Below, one piece after another: positions 13,760-29,093 of a DNA stretch of 64,000 nucleotides. Location: assembly GCA_009914755.4 (NCBI GenBank), contig CP086569.2, forward strand, positions 352,001 to 416,000, in the 5' to 3' direction. The notes below the pieces were generated by a model that had not been told where the DNA came from, made no database searches, and was given only the letters and a program-made list of their open reading frames with translations. The position numbers and the translations under genes are program-made. Within the stretch, counting starts at the first letter, position 1. Each line of letters begins with the position of its first letter. This DNA comes from the human T2T-CHM13v2.0 reference genome, Homo sapiens.

Positions 13760-14744
13760 CCTGTTGAGTTTCTAATTAGCCTTTCCAAAGGAGACCATGA
13801 GATATGCATTTATCTCAGTGAGTAGAGGGATGCTTTCAGCTCTTGAGTTCTGTCTTGTCCCTTGTCCACGAGGAATTTCTGTGGATAGATTGTGAGGGAA
13901 GACTGTGGCTCTTTTCTCCTGGTAGCTATCTTTTTTTTTTAGGAGTCAAATAGGAGACAGGGTTGTCTGAGACAGTTCCCAGCTTGAATTTTTCCCTTTA
14001 AGTCGTGTCCTGTATCAGCCAATGCTGGATTTCAGGTAGGCGGCTGGATTGAAAGATGGATAAATGAATAAGTGGGTGAGTGATTGACATCAGGGACCAG
14101 TTGGGGTGGGAGGTGAAGGGGCTTAACCCTCCATCCTCCACCTCAGCCTGTATAATATTATTTTATTCTTCTAAGGTAACATGAGTTTCTCTCTTTGGGG
14201 TTTATCTCTTTTAAAGTTTTGATGTATGTACGCTTTCTCCATCTTGCTGTCTTTGTTCACCTCTAACAATGTATTTTGTTCGATATAAGGTGCTTTGGTG
14301 TTTCGTTGTATTTTTTTAAGTTTGATTCTCCCTTTTCCATTTTTCTGTCTCCATGGCGGAGTCCCGGGACCTCCCCAGGGACGGGCGAGTCACAATATCT
14401 GTGGCCGACGGGCCCATCTGTCTTCCTCTCCTGCGTTTTTCAACGATGGTCCATTATGCAAACGATCCTGGCCAGAGACAAGGAATAATATCAGATAAGG
14501 GAGAATTACAATGCCATAAATAGAAGAAGGCTTTTTTTTTTTTTTTGGAATATAAACTTGATCATTTTTTTTAAATTTTATTATTATTATATTTTAAGTT
14601 TTAGGGTACATGTGCACAACGTGCAGGTTTCTTACATATGTATACATGTGCCATGTGTTTTTTGTAACATGGTAATACTCTCTTAGAGAAAGGACCACAC
14701 TCCCTTTATTCGTTTTTCCCTGGTATGTTATTAGTTTTTGTTTC

Positions 14745-14869
14745 TTTTTTTTTTTTTTAATTTTACTTTAAGTTCTGGGATACATATGCAGAACGTGCAG
14801 GTTTGTTACATAGGTATATACACGTGCCACGGTGGTTGGCTGCACCCATCCACCCGTCATCTACATTAG
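14745..14869 (-). mobile_element. L1 3'UTR fragment (minus strand); a second short fragment lies at 14592-14668
   Basis: ttttactttaagttctgggatacatatgcagaacgtgcaggtttgttacataggtatatacacgtgccacggtggttggctgcacccatccacccgtcatctacattag is the reverse complement of the L1 3' end. Confidence 0.8.
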
Positions 14870-14966
14870 TAGCTGAGATTACAGGTGCCCGCCACCATGC
14901 CCGGCTAATTGTTGTATTTTCAGTGGAGACAGGGTTTCACTATGTTGGCCAGGCTGCTCTTGAACT
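14870..14966 (-). mobile_element. Alu fragment (minus strand) abutting L1 and the inverted Alu below
   Basis: agctgagattacaggtgcccgccaccatgcccggctaattgttgtattttcagtggagacagggtttcactatgttggccaggctgctcttgaactc. Confidence 0.8.
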
Positions 14967-15261
<295 letters not shown>

Positions 15262-16189
15262 TTATTTGCAGGTGACAGAGGGATTCAGAAGGGTCACCTG
15301 GCCACTTTTGAACAAGAATCCTGAGAAATCTACCCAGTCTGGATGGCCGGCAGCTCAGGAGGGTGAAACTCCAATGGTGTTGGAAAAGCTGAATAATTTT
15401 TTTTTTTTAGGCACAAAGACTGAACTATCTCATGCATTCTTGTAACACCTTGGAAGATGACTTTCCAGCCACGTTCTGTTATTAGAAAATAAATTAGAAA
15501 AATTCTTGGTGAGTGTTTCTATGTATTCCAGGCTACACCTCCCTACCCGCCCCCCCTTTTTTTTTTTAAAGCCAGCGTGACTCTGACCTTTGGTAACCTC
15601 ACATTCTTTGCTCAAAAACATGTGATATGAACACAGATGGCTTTCATGCCAACCTAAGTGGTATCATATGCCTCCCTGAAGCCCCCGGCTCCGGCCAGCC
15701 AATTTGCACTTTTTTGCCGCTGAGGAATTGGTACGACGTGCAAACAATTCTGCCTTATCAAAAGCAGGACACCTTTTAAACTCTGTGCAAAGTCCTCAAA
15801 TTGGCTTGATGAATAGCTTGGACACGCACCCACACACAGGATGTTTTGACTTGTGGGTTTAGCCTTGGGATCTGGAGGTTTTGATTTCACCTCAGCTGAC
15901 ATGAACCAGAGACGGTGGGCTGAGAAAGGAATCGCTCTTCTGAAAATGAGGCATTTCCAGAGCTCAAAGGGAAGGGAAAAGGAAGTCAGTGTCTTCCCTG
16001 GTTGACGAAGTATGGGAGGTTTCTTTTTCTTTAGGAGTACCTTTCCTCAGGCCTCCCCCGATATTATGGGACATTTGCGGACCTGGATTTTTCTGGACAG
16101 AATTTATCTCAGTGTGGCTGTGATTGACAATGAGAGTCTAAACACAAATAAGTAGAAATATCTTAAACTTAAAGAACTTAAACAAATTG

Positions 16190-17062
16190 ACAAGAAAAAA
16201 AACAACCCATCAAAAAGTGGGCAAAGGATATGAACAGACACTTCTCAAAAGAAGACATTTATGCAGCCAACAAACCTATAAAAAAAATGCTCACCATCAC
16301 TGGCCATCAGAGAAATGCAAATCAAAACCACGATGAGATACCATCTCACGCCAGTTAGAATACGATCAGTAAAAAGTGGGGAAACAACAGGTGCTGGAGA
16401 GGATGTGGAGAAATAGGAACGCTTTTACACCGTTGGTGGGACTGTAAACTAGTTCAACCATTGTGGAAGACAGTGTGGCGATTCCTCAGGGATCTAGAAC
16501 CAGAAATACCATTTGACCCAGCCATCCCATTACTGGGTATATACCCAAAGGAGTATAAATCATGCTGCTATAAAGACACATGCACACGTATGTTTATTGC
16601 AGCACTATTCACAATAGCAAAGACTTGGAACCAACCCAAATGTCCATCAGCGATAGACTGGATGAAGAAAATGTGGCACATACACACCATGGAATACTAT
16701 GCAGCCATCAAAAAGGATGAGTTCATGTCCTTTGCAGGGACATGGATGAAGCTGGAAACCACCATTGTCAGCAAACTGTCGCAAGGACAGAAAACCAAAC
16801 ACTGCATGTTCTCCTTCATAAGTGGGAGTTGAACAATGAGAACACATGGACACAGGGAGGGGAACATCACACACCAGGGCCTGTCGGGGGCTGGGGGAGC
16901 TAGGGGAGGGAGAGCATTAGGACAAATACCTAATGTAGATGACGGGTTGATGGGTGCAGCAAACCACCATGGCACGTGTACACCTACGTAACAAACCTGC
17001 CCGTTCTCCACATGTACCCAGAACGTAAAGTATAATTTAAAAAATAAATAAAAATAAATTTA
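16190..17062 (+). mobile_element. L1 LINE 3'-end fragment (~870 bp, ORF2 C-terminus plus 3'UTR), plus strand
   Basis: aacaacccatcaaaaagtgggcaaaggatatgaacagacacttctcaaaagaagacatttatgcagcc ... gggtgcagcaaaccaccatggcacgtgtacacctacgtaacaaacctgcccgttctccacatgtacccagaacgtaaagtataatttaaaaaataaataaaaataaa. ORF 16461-16832 gives an L1 ORF2p-like peptide. Confidence 0.92.
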
Positions 17063-17269
17063 TCAACTGTCCTTTCTTCTCCAACTGGCAGAGCACCTTC
17101 CCTTTCTGTTGCATTTTTTTCCTCATCTTTCTGCAAGAATTCTCTCTTCCAGGAACAAGCCCTCTTTGGCAGTGGAGCTCTGGGGCCATTCTTATCCAGA
17201 ACAGACATGCCTGGGCAACTAGACATAGAGAAATTATGAGTTTTTTATTTTATTTCATGGACTATTTAT

Positions 17270-17560
17270 TTATTTTTTAGAGACAAAGTCTTGCTCTGTT
17301 TCTCAGGCTGGAGTGCAGTGGTACAATCAAAGCTCATGGCAGCCTCAACCCCCTGGGCTCAAGGGAATCCTCCTGCCTCAGCCTCCCAAGTAGCTGGGAC
17401 CACAGGCACCCACCACCACGCCTGACTAATTTTTTGTATTTTTAGTAGAGACGGGGTTTCACTGTGTTAGCCAGGATGGTCTCGATCTCCTGACCTCATG
17501 ATCCGCCTGCCTCGGCCTCCTAAAGTGCTGGGATGACAGGCATCAGCCATCACACCCAGC
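17270..17560 (-). mobile_element. Alu SINE (minus strand)
   Basis: T-rich leader, then agagacaaagtcttgctctgtttctcaggctggagtgcagtggtacaatcaaagctcatggcagcctcaaccccc ... ggcatcagccatcacacccagc. Confidence 0.9.
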
Positions 17561-17687
17561 TCAATTTTTTATTTTGAATGAGAGAGCAAAGTAGGATTGT
17601 GAGTGAGGTTCTATTTTGCCATAAGAGGAAAAGAAAACATACCTCCAGGGATAATCACCCTCATTCCATAGGAGAAAGTCATTTTAG

Positions 17688-17930
17688 GTCGAGCTTGATG
17701 GCTCATGCCTGTCATCCCAGCACTTTGGGAGGCTGAGATGAGTGTTCAGGGGTTGTAGACCAGTCTGGGCAACATGGTGAAACCCCATCTCTACTAAAAT
17801 ACAAAACATCAGCCAGGTGTGGTGGTGCATGCCTGTAATCCCAGCTACTCAGGAGGCTGAGGCATGTGAATTGCTTGAGCCCAGGAGGTGGAGGTTGCAG
17901 TTAGCAGAGATCGCACCACTGCACAGCCTG
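17688..17930 (+). mobile_element. Alu SINE, 3'-truncated (plus strand)
   Basis: ggtcgagcttgatggctcatgcctgtcatcccagcactttgggaggctgag ... ggaggttgcagttagcagagatcgcaccactgcacagcctg. Confidence 0.9.
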
Positions 17931-18057
17931 CTTGGCTGTTTTATTCTCTGCAGCTCCTCTGGTCCTGGTGGGTTCATTTCTTTGCTCCCATCTCAGTGAG
18001 ATCTGGGGAAGGAGCAGGTTGAACACCTGGATCCAAACAGCCAGGCTTAGCAAAAGT

Positions 18058-18088
18058 CTGTCTTTCTTTCTTTTCTTTTCCTTCTTTC

Positions 18089-18146
<58 letters not shown>

Positions 18147-18775
18147 CTTTCTTTCTTTTCTTTCTTTCTCTTTCTTTCTTTTCTTTCTTTCTCTTTCTTT
18201 CTTTCTTTCTTTCTTTCCTTTCTTTCTCTTTTTTCTTTCTTTCTTTCTTTCTTGCTTTCTCTTTCTTTCTTTTTCTTTCTTTTCTTTCTCTTTCTTTCTT
18301 TTCTTTCTTTCTCTTTCTTTCTTTTCTTTCTTTCTTTCTTTCTCTTTTTTCTTTCTTTCTTGCTTGCTTTCTCTTTCTTTCTCTTTCTTTCTTTCCTTTC
18401 TTTCTTTCTTTCTTTCTTTCCTTTCTTTCTCTTTTTTCTTTCTTTCTTTCTTGCTTGCTTTCTCTTTCTTTTCTTTCTTTCTCTTTCTTTCTTTTTCCTT
18501 TCTTCCTTCCTTTTTTCCTTCCTTCCTTTCTTCCCTTCTTTCTTTCTTTCTCTTTTTTCTTTCTTTCTTTCTTGCTTGCTTGCTTTCTCTTTCTTTCTTT
18601 CTTTTCTTTCTTTTTCCTTTCTTCCTTCCTTTCTTTTTTCCTTCCTTCCTTTCTTCCCTTCTTTCTTCCCTTCTTTCTTTCTTCTTTCTTTCTTTCTTTC
18701 TTTCTTTCAGAAAAACTTTCTTTCTTTCTTTCCTTCCTTCCTTCCTTTCTGTTTTCTTTCTCTTCTTTTTGGCAC
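18058..18775. repeat. (TTTC)n/(CTTT)n-rich microsatellite block, about 720 bp
   Basis: tctttctttcttttcttttccttctttcctttctttctttctttc...; the poly-Lys/Glu/Arg and poly-Phe/Leu/Ser ORFs over it are artefacts. Confidence 0.92.
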
Positions 18776-18852
18776 AAACACATTTATTTATTTACTTTTA
18801 ATAATAAATAAACACATTTATTTATTATTTACTTATTTTTGTAAATAAGTAA

Positions 18853-19142
<290 letters not shown>

Positions 19143-19330
19143 ACACATTTATTTATTAACCAAAGGGATGATCCTAATTAATCCAACACTTTGAAATAGC
19201 TGCATGGAAAATGGTTGTGATAAAGATAATTGAACACAGTAATGAAAAAAGAAGCACTATGCAGATTTGCTTCATTGGACTGAGCATGTTTATTCTCGTA
19301 GTTAATTCCTGTCCAAAGTAATGATGCGAT

Positions 19331-19631
19331 TTTTATTTATTTTATTTTATTTTATTTATTTATTTTTTTGAGATGGAGTCTCACTCTGTTGCCCAGGCTG
19401 GAGTGCAATGGCAGGATCTCGGCTCACTGCAACCTCCACCTCTCCTGCCTCAGCCTCCCGAGTAGCTGGGACTACAGGCGCCCGCCACCACACCCGGCTC
19501 ATTTTTGTATTCTTAGCAGAGACGGGGTTTCACCATGTTGGTCAGGCTGCTCTCAAACTCCTGATCTCATGATTTGCCCACCTCAGCCTCCCAAAGTGCT
19601 GGGATGACAGGCCTGAGCCACCGCACCTGAC
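19331..19631 (-). mobile_element. Alu SINE with a (TTTAT)n leader and an internal deletion (minus strand)
   Basis: tttatttattttattttattttatttatttatttttttgagatggagtctcactctgttgcccaggctggagtgcaatggcaggatctcggctcactgcaacctccacctctcctgcctcagcctcccgag... Confidence 0.9.
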
Positions 19632-20122
19632 CATGATGCTGGGATTTTGATTCTACTTGTTCATAGATGTGAGTAGAGGTGACTTTGCTCATCACACAGT
19701 CCGACACTAATTTCCCATCTTTTGGTTTTCTTGTTAGTCTGAGTTTTTCTGTCCTCACTTGTGGTTTCTTCAAACTTCTCTCCCAGGGTACAGGAACACT
19801 GTCTTCTCAAAGTGCCCTCAGTTTTTCTGGTGAGACTTTTGCCATCACAAGTCACGATACAATCTGGTTCGGCCATTGAGTCCGTTTTTCCCAAAGCGAT
19901 TCAGACTCCTAGTTCCTTCACGTATTCATCAAAGCGTTTGCTGTCCACCAGGTGCCATCTTCCTTCCGGCTGTTGGATGGGGGCCAATTCCTTAGAAGGG
20001 CGGGGGTCTCGGAGAGATGGATGAGGCTTCCTGGAGAAAGGTGGGTTGGCCCTGACCTGAAGGGAGGGTGCAGCCTGGGGCAGGGGAAGGGGTCCATGCT
20101 GGGTGCATCCATGCAGAGATAA

Positions 20123-20533
<411 letters not shown>

Positions 20534-20704
20534 TGATCGTACCTCCATTTAGAATTGGAACGTGTCTGTGGAAACCAATCCACAAACACAGACAAAAATG
20601 AGGAAGAACTTACGGGATTTGCTAAAGTTTTAACGTACGGGTGCCGTATCACCAGAATGCCACTCTTACATGTGTACCCAAAAGAATTTTTAAAAGGGAC
20701 TCAA

Positions 20705-21950
<1,246 letters not shown>

Positions 21951-21957
21951 AAGAAAG

Positions 21958-22085
21958 AAAAGGAACGAAGGAAGGAAGGAAAGAAGGAAGGAAGGAAAGA
22001 GGAAGGAAGGAAAGAAAGGGAGGGAGGAAGGAAGGAAGGAATGGAAGGAAGGAAGGAAGGAAGGAAGGAAGGAAGGAAGAGACAA
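21958..22085. repeat. (GGAA)n microsatellite, apparently derived from the L1 A-tail
   Basis: aaggaacgaaggaaggaaggaaagaaggaaggaagg...ggaaggaaggaaggaaggaaggaaggaaga. Confidence 0.9.
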
Positions 22086-23052
22086 AAATAAACCAAAATA
22101 GGGAATGTCCACCTTGGAGGCTGATGTTCACGTCCACAGGTGCTGCCTCCCCAGACACTTACTCAACTCTGAAGCCTTCACCGGTAAGACAGCAGGGGTG
22201 GGGGGACGGCGGAGTCTTTGATCAGAAGAGGGCTCAACAGGCAAGGGGACCTGGTCTTTGCAAAAAACTCGGACTGCAGTACGGGCCGTGGGATTGGCCT
22301 CGTGTGTGGCCTGCACCCTTTTCCCCGTCAGGGAAGGACTGTTTGTTTGTTTTCTGCATCATCATCCATCACGCGGCATTGTCAGCCCTGACAGCTCAGG
22401 AGGGCCTTTTTCAACATCTCTTTATCTGACAGCGTTCATGCATCATAAGACAGCAAACAGAATTAGATCAAAGTCTACGAGGCCGTGTCGGCTCGGTGAG
22501 GAAGGCGAGCCAGCTTGTATCTTCATAAGAGAGGTGACAGTTGGTTTGAACTGGCGTTGGGCCGCAGAGGGCTGGGGAGTGCAGAGAGGACTGGGGACGA
22601 GGGCTGGGATTCTTGGCTTTCCAGGAGGAACAGCCCTGCTCCCTTCTGTCCACTTGCCACCTTCCTGGGTCTCTTTCCCCAGTAGGTGTGGTTCCTTCTG
22701 TCCTGCAGGCCACAGTGCAACCCAGGGCTTCGGAGCACGCGTTGATAGTCCTGATTTTTGTCTGACATCTTTGCAGAAAACGGAGAGCATCCCCTCAGGC
22801 AATGGGATACTGTCCCTCTGGCGCCGACCACACTCTGCGACTTGTCATGATGGGTAACAGGTGTGTCTGCAGCTTGACCTTGCAGCTGGGGCAGCCGCAG
22901 AGAGGTGCAGGAAGGAGAGCGATGGGAGAGAAAACGAAGGTGTGCTCAGTGGCGGAGAGAAATTCCAAAATTTCACTGGAGCGAGTTTAGCCCAGCTGGC
23001 TGCTGGAGAAACGGTTCTCCTGGATACTGTGGAGACTATATGGAGAATGAAT

Positions 23053-26000
23053 TCCTTCCTTCCTCCCTCCCTCTTTCTTTCTTTCTTTCCTTCTTTCTTC
23101 CTTTCTTTCTTTCCTTCTTCTTTTTCTTTCTTCTTTCTTTCTTTCTTCTCTCTCTCCTTCCTTATTCCTTTTCTTCCTTCCCTTCCCTCCCTTCCCTTTC
23201 CTTCTTTCCTTCCTTCCCTTCCTTCCTTCCTCTTTCCTTTCTTTCTCTTTTTCTTTCTTCTCTCTCTCTTTCCTTCCTTATTCCTCATCTTCCTTCCTCT
23301 TTCCTTTCTTTCTCTTTTTCTTTCTTCTCTCTCTTTCCTTCCTTATTCCTCATCTTCCTTCCTCTTTCCTTTCTTTCTCTTTTTCTTTCTTCTCTCTCTC
23401 TTTCCTTCCTTATTCCTCATCTTCCTTCCTCTTTCCTTTCTTTCTCTTTTTCTTTCTTCTCTCTCTTTCCTTCCTTATTCCTCATCTTCCTTCCTCTTTC
23501 CTTTCTTTCTCTTTTTCTTTCTTCTCTCTCTTTCCTTCCTTATTCCTCATCTTCCTTCCTCTTTCCTTTCTTTCTCTTTTTCTTTCTTCTCTCTCTTTCC
23601 TTCCTTATTCCTCATCTTCCTTCCTCTTTCCTTTCTTTCTCTTTTTCTTTCTTCTCTCTCTCTTTCCTTCCTTATTCCTCATCTTCCTTCCTCTTTCCTT
23701 TCTTTCTCTTTTTCTTTCTTCTCTCTCTCTGTCCTTCCTTATTCCTCATCTTCCTTCCTCTTTCCTTCCTTTCTCTTTTTCTTTCTTCTCTCTCTTTCCT
23801 TCCTTATTCCTCATCTTCCTTCCTCTTTCCTTTCTTTCTCTTTTTCTTTCTTCTCTCTCTCTTTCCTTCCTTATTCCTCATCTTCCTTCCTCTTTCCTTC
23901 CTTTCTCTTTTTCTTTCTTCTCTCTCTCTTTCCTTCCTTATTCCTCATCTTCCTTCCTCTTTCCTTTCTTTCTCTTTTTCTTTCTTCTCTCTCTCTGTCC
24001 TTCCTTATTCCTCATCTTCCTTCCTCTTTCCTTTCTTTCTCTTTTTCTTTCTTCTCTCTCTTTCCTTCCTTATTCCTCATCTTCCTTCCTCTTTCCTTCC
24101 TTTCTCTTTTTCTTTCTTCTCTCTCTCTTTCCTTCCTTCCCTTCCTTCCTTTCTCTTTCCTTTCTTTCTCTTTTTCTTTCTTCTCTCTCTCTTTCCTTCC
24201 TTATTCCTCATCTTCCTTCCTCTTTCCTTCCTTTCTCTTTTTCTTTCTTCTCTCTCTTTCCTTCCTTATTCCTCATCTTCCTTCCTCTTTCCTTCCTTTC
24301 TCTTTTTCTTTCTTCTCTCTCTCTTTCCTTCCTTATTCCTCATCTTCCTTCCTCTTTCCTTTCTTTCTCTTTTTCTTTCTTCTCTCTCTCTTTCCTTCCT
24401 TATTCCTCATCTTCCTTCCTCTTTCCTTCCTTTCTCTTTTTCTTTCTTCTCTCTCTCTTTCCTTCCTTATTCCTCATCTTCCTTCCTCTTTCCTTCCTTT
24501 CTCTTTTTCTTTCTTCTCTCTCTTTCCTTCCTTATTCCTCATCTTCCTTCCTCTTTCCTTTCTTTCTCTTTTTCTTTCTTCTCTCTCTTTCCTTCCTTAT
24601 TCCTCATCTTCCTTCCTCTTTCCTTTCTTTCTCTTTTTCTTTCTTCTCTCTCTTTCCTTCCTTATTCCTCATCTTCCTTCCTCTTTCCTTCCTTTCTCTT
24701 TTTCTTTCTTCTCTCTCTTTCCTTCCTTATTCCTCATCTTCCTTCCTCTTTCCTTTCTTTCTCTTTTTCTTTCTTCTCTCTCTCTTTCCTTCCTTATTCC
24801 TCATCTTCCTTCCTCTTTCCTTCCTTTCTCTTTTTCTTTCTTCTCTCTCTTTCCTTCCTTATTCCTCATCTTCCTTCCTCTTTCCTTTCTTTCTCTTTTT
24901 CTTTCTTCTCTCTCTTTCCTTCCTTATTCCTCATCTTCCTTCCTCTTTCCTTTCTTTCTCTTTTTCTTTCTTCTCTCTCTCTTTCCTTCCTTATTCCTCA
25001 TCTTCCTTCCTCTTTCCTTTCTTTCTCTTTTTCTTTCTTCTCTCTCTCTTTCCTTCCTTATTCCTTTTCTTCCTTCCTCTTTCCTTTCTTTCTCTTTTTC
25101 TTTCTTCTCTCTCTTTCCTTCCTTATTCCTCATCTTCCTTCCTCTTTCCTTCCTTTCTCTTTTTCTTTCTTCTCTCTCTTTCCTTCCTTATTCCTCATCT
25201 TCCTTCCTCTTTCCTTTCTTTCTCTTTTTCTTTCTTCTCTCTCTCTTTCCTTCCTTATTCCTCATCTTCCTTCCTCTTTCCTTCCTTTCTCTTTTTCTTT
25301 CTTCTCTCTCTCTTTCCTTCCTTATTCCTCATCTTCCTTCCTCTTTCCTTCCTTTCTCTTTTTCTTTCTTCTCTCTCTTTCCTTCCTTATTCCTCATCTT
25401 CCTTCCTCTTTCCTTTCTTTCTCTTTTTCTTTCTTCTCTCTCTTTCCTTCCTTATTCCTCATCTTCCTTCCTCTTTCCTTTCTTTCTCTTTTTCTTTCTT
25501 CTCTCTCTCTCTCCTTCCTTATTCCTCATCTTCCTTCCTCTTTCCTTCCTTTCTCTTTTTCTTTCTTCTCTCTCTCTTTCCTTCCTTATTCCTCATCTTC
25601 CTTCCTCTTTCCTTTCTTTCTCTTTTTCTTTCTTCTCTCTCTTTCCTTCCTTATTCCTCATCTTCCTTCCTCTTTCCTTCCTTTCTCTTTTTCTTTCTTC
25701 TCTCTCTTTCCTTCCTTATTCCTCATCTTCCTTCCTCTTTCCTTTCTTTCTCTTTTTCTTTCTTCTCTCTCTCTTTCCTTCCTTATTCCTCATCTTCCTT
25801 CCTCTTTCCTTCCTTTCTCTTTTTCTTTCTTCTCTCTCTCTTTCCTTCCTTATTCCTCATCTTCCTTCCTCTTTCCTTTCTTTCTCTTTTTCTTTCTTCT
25901 CTCTCTTTCCTTCCTTATTCCTCATCTTCCTTCCTCTTTCCTTTCTTTCTCTTTTTCTTTCTTCTCTCTCTCTTTCCTTCCTTATTCCTCATCTTCCTTC

Positions 26001-29000
26001 CTCTTTCCTTCCTTTCTCTTTTTCTTTCTTCTCTCTCTCTTTCCTTCCTTATTCCTCATCTTCCTTCCTCTTTCCTTTCTTTCTCTTTTTCTTTCTTCTC
26101 TCTCTTTCCTTCCTTATTCCTCATCTTCCTTCCTCTTTCCTTTCTTTCTCTTTTTCTTTCTTCTCTCTCTTTCCTTCCTTATTCCTCATCTTCCTTCCTC
26201 TTTCCTTTCTTTCTCTTTTTCTTTCTTCTCTCTCTTTCCTTCCTTATTCCTCATCTTCCTTCCTCTTTCCTTTCTTTCTCTTTTTCTTTCTTCTCTCTCT
26301 TTCCTTCCTTATTCCTCATCTTCCTTCCTCTTTCCTTTCTTTCTCTTTTTCTTTCTTCTCTCTCTTTCCTTCCTTATTCCTCATCTTCCTTCCTCTTTCC
26401 TTTCTTTCTCTTTTTCTTTCTTCTCTCTCTCTTTCCTTCCTTATTCCTCATCTTCCTTCCTCTTTCCTTTCTTTCTCTTTTTCTTTCTTCTCTCTCTCTG
26501 TCCTTCCTTATTCCTCATCTTCCTTCCTCTTTCCTTCCTTTCTCTTTTTCTTTCTTCTCTCTCTCTTTCCTTCCTTATTCCTCATCTTCCTTCCTCTTTC
26601 CTTCCTTTCTCTTTTTCTTTCTTCTCTCTCTTTCCTTCCTTATTCCTCATCTTCCTTCCTCTTTCCTTTCTTTCTCTTTTTCTTTCTTCTCTCTCTCTTT
26701 CCTTCCTTATTCCTCATCTTCCTTCCTCTTTCCTTCCTTTCTCTTTTTCTTTCTTCTCTCTCTTTCCTTCCTTATTCCTCATCTTCCTTCCTCTTTCCTT
26801 TCTTTCTCTTTTTCTTTCTTCTCTCTCTCTTTCCTTCCTTATTCCTCATCTTCCTTCCTCTTTCCTTCCTTTCTCTTTTTCTTTCTTCTCTCTCTCTTTC
26901 CTTCCTTATTCCTCATCTTCCTTCCTCTTTCCTTTCTTTCTCTTTTTCTTTCTTCTCTCTCTCTGTCCTTCCTTATTCCTCATCTTCCTTCCTCTTTCCT
27001 TTCTTTCTCTTTTTCTTTCTTCTCTCTCTTTCCTTCCTTATTCCTCATCTTCCTTCCTCTTTCCTTCCTTTCTCTTTTTCTTTCTTCTCTCTCTCTTTCC
27101 TTCCTTCCCTTCCTTCCTTTCTCTTTCCTTTCTTTCTCTTTTTCTTTCTTCTCTCTCTCTTTCCTTCCTTATTCCTCATCTTCCTTCCTCTTTCCTTCCT
27201 TTCTCTTTTTCTTTCTTCTCTCTCTTTCCTTCCTTATTCCTCATCTTCCTTCCTCTTTCCTTCCTTTCTCTTTTTCTTTCTTCTCTCTCTCTTTCCTTCC
27301 TTATTCCTCATCTTCCTTCCTCTTTCCTTCCTTTCTCTTTTTCTTTCTTCTCTCTCTCTTTCCTTCCTTATTCCTCATCTTCCTTCCTCTTTCCTTCCTT
27401 TCTCTTTTTCTTTCTTCTCTCTCTCTTTCCTTCCTTATTCCTCATCTTCCTTCCTCTTTCCTTTCTTTCTCTTTTTCTTTCTTCTCTCTCTTTCCTTCCT
27501 TATTCCTCATCTTCCTTCCTCTTTCCTTCCTTTCTCTTTTTCTTTCTTCTCTCTCTTTCCTTCCTTATTCCTCATCTTCCTTCCTCTTTCCTTTCTTTCT
27601 CTTTTTCTTTCTTCTCTCTCTTTCCTTCCTTATTCCTCATCTTCCTTCCTCTTTCCTTTCTTTCTCTTTTTCTTTCTTCTCTCTCTCTTTCCTTCCTTAT
27701 TCCTCATCTTCCTTCCTCTTTCCTTCCTTTCTCTTTTTCTTTCTTCTCTCTCTCTTTCCTTCCTTATTCCTCATCTTCCTTCCTCTTTCCTTCCTTTCTC
27801 TTTTTCTTTCTTCTCTCTCTCTTTCCTTCCTTATTCCTCATCTTCCTTCCTCTTTCCTTCCTTTCTCTTTTTCTTTCTTCTCTCTCTTTCCTTCCTTATT
27901 CCTCATCTTCCTTCCTCTTTCCTTTCTTTCTCTTTTTCTTTCTTCTCTCTCTCTTTCCTTCCTTATTCCTCATCTTCCTTCCTCTTTCCTTTCTTTCTCT
28001 TTTTCTTTCTTCTCTCTCTCTTTCCTTCCTTATTCCTCATCTTCCTTCCTTTCTCTTTCCTTTCTTTCTCTTTTTCTTTCTTCTCTCTCTCTTTCCTTCC
28101 TTATTCCTCATCTTCCTTCCTTCCTCTTTCCTTCCTTTCTCTTTTTCTTTCTTCTCTCTCTCTTTCCTTCCTTATTCCTCATCTTCCTTCCTCTTTCCTT
28201 TCTTTCTCTTTTTCTTTCTTCTCTCTCTCTTTCCTTCCTTATTCCTCATCTTCCTTCCTCTTTCCTTTCTTTCTCTTTTTCTTTCTTCTCTCTCTCTTTC
28301 CTTCCTTATTCCTCATCTTCCTTCCTCTTTCCTTTCTTTCTCTTTTTCTTTCTTCTCTCTCTCTTTCCTTCCTTATTCCTCATCTTCCTTCCTCTTTCCT
28401 TTCTTTCTCTTTTTCTTTCTTCTCTCTCTCTTTCCTTCCTTATTCCTCATCTTCCTTCCTCTTTCCTTTCTTTCTCTTTTTCTTTCTTCTCTCTCTCTTT
28501 CCTTCCTTATTCCTCATCTTCCTTCCTCTTTCCTTCCTTTCTCTTTTTCTTTCTTCTCTCTCTCTTTCCTTCCTTATTCCTCATCTTCCTTCCTCTTTCC
28601 TTCCTTTCTCTTTTTCTTTCTTCTCTCTCTCTTTCCTTCCTTATTCCTCATCTTCCTTCCTCTTTCCTTCCTTTCTCTTTTTCTTTCTTCTCTCTCTCTT
28701 TCCTTCCTTATTCCTCATCTTCCTTCCTCTTTCCTTCCTTTCTCTTTTTCTTTCTTCTCTCTCTCTTTCCTTCCTTATTCCTCATCTTCCTTCCTCTTTC
28801 CTTCCTTTCTCTTTTTCTTTCTTCTCTCTCTCTTTCCTTCCTTATTCCTCATCTTCCTTCCTCTTTCCTTCCTTTCTCTTTTTCTTTCTTCTCTCTCTCT
28901 TTCCTTCCTTATTCCTCATCTTCCTTCCTCTTTCCTTCCTTTCTCTTTTTCTTTCTTCTCTCTCTTTCCTTCCTTATTCCTTTTCTTCCTTCCCTCCCTC

Positions 29001-29057
29001 CCTCCATCCTTCCTTCCTTTTTCTCTTCTTTCCTTCTCTTCTTTCTTCTTTCTTTCT

Positions 29058-29093
<36 letters not shown>

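Noticed and set aside
17932-18848. 289-aa poly-F/L/S ORF (+) and 269-aa poly-K/E/R ORF (-)
   Set aside because: A translation of (TTTC)n/(GAAA)n. The same applies to the ORFs at 35568-36399, 44561-45527 and 51795-52562.
22258-22857. 199-aa ORF in a unique, GC-rich segment (and 46114-46507, 57618-58022, 37998-38675)
   Set aside because: No recognisable protein similarity and no periodicity or splice-site evidence I can verify by eye. GC-rich unique DNA gives random ORFs of this size. Not called as coding; an exon cannot be excluded without alignment.
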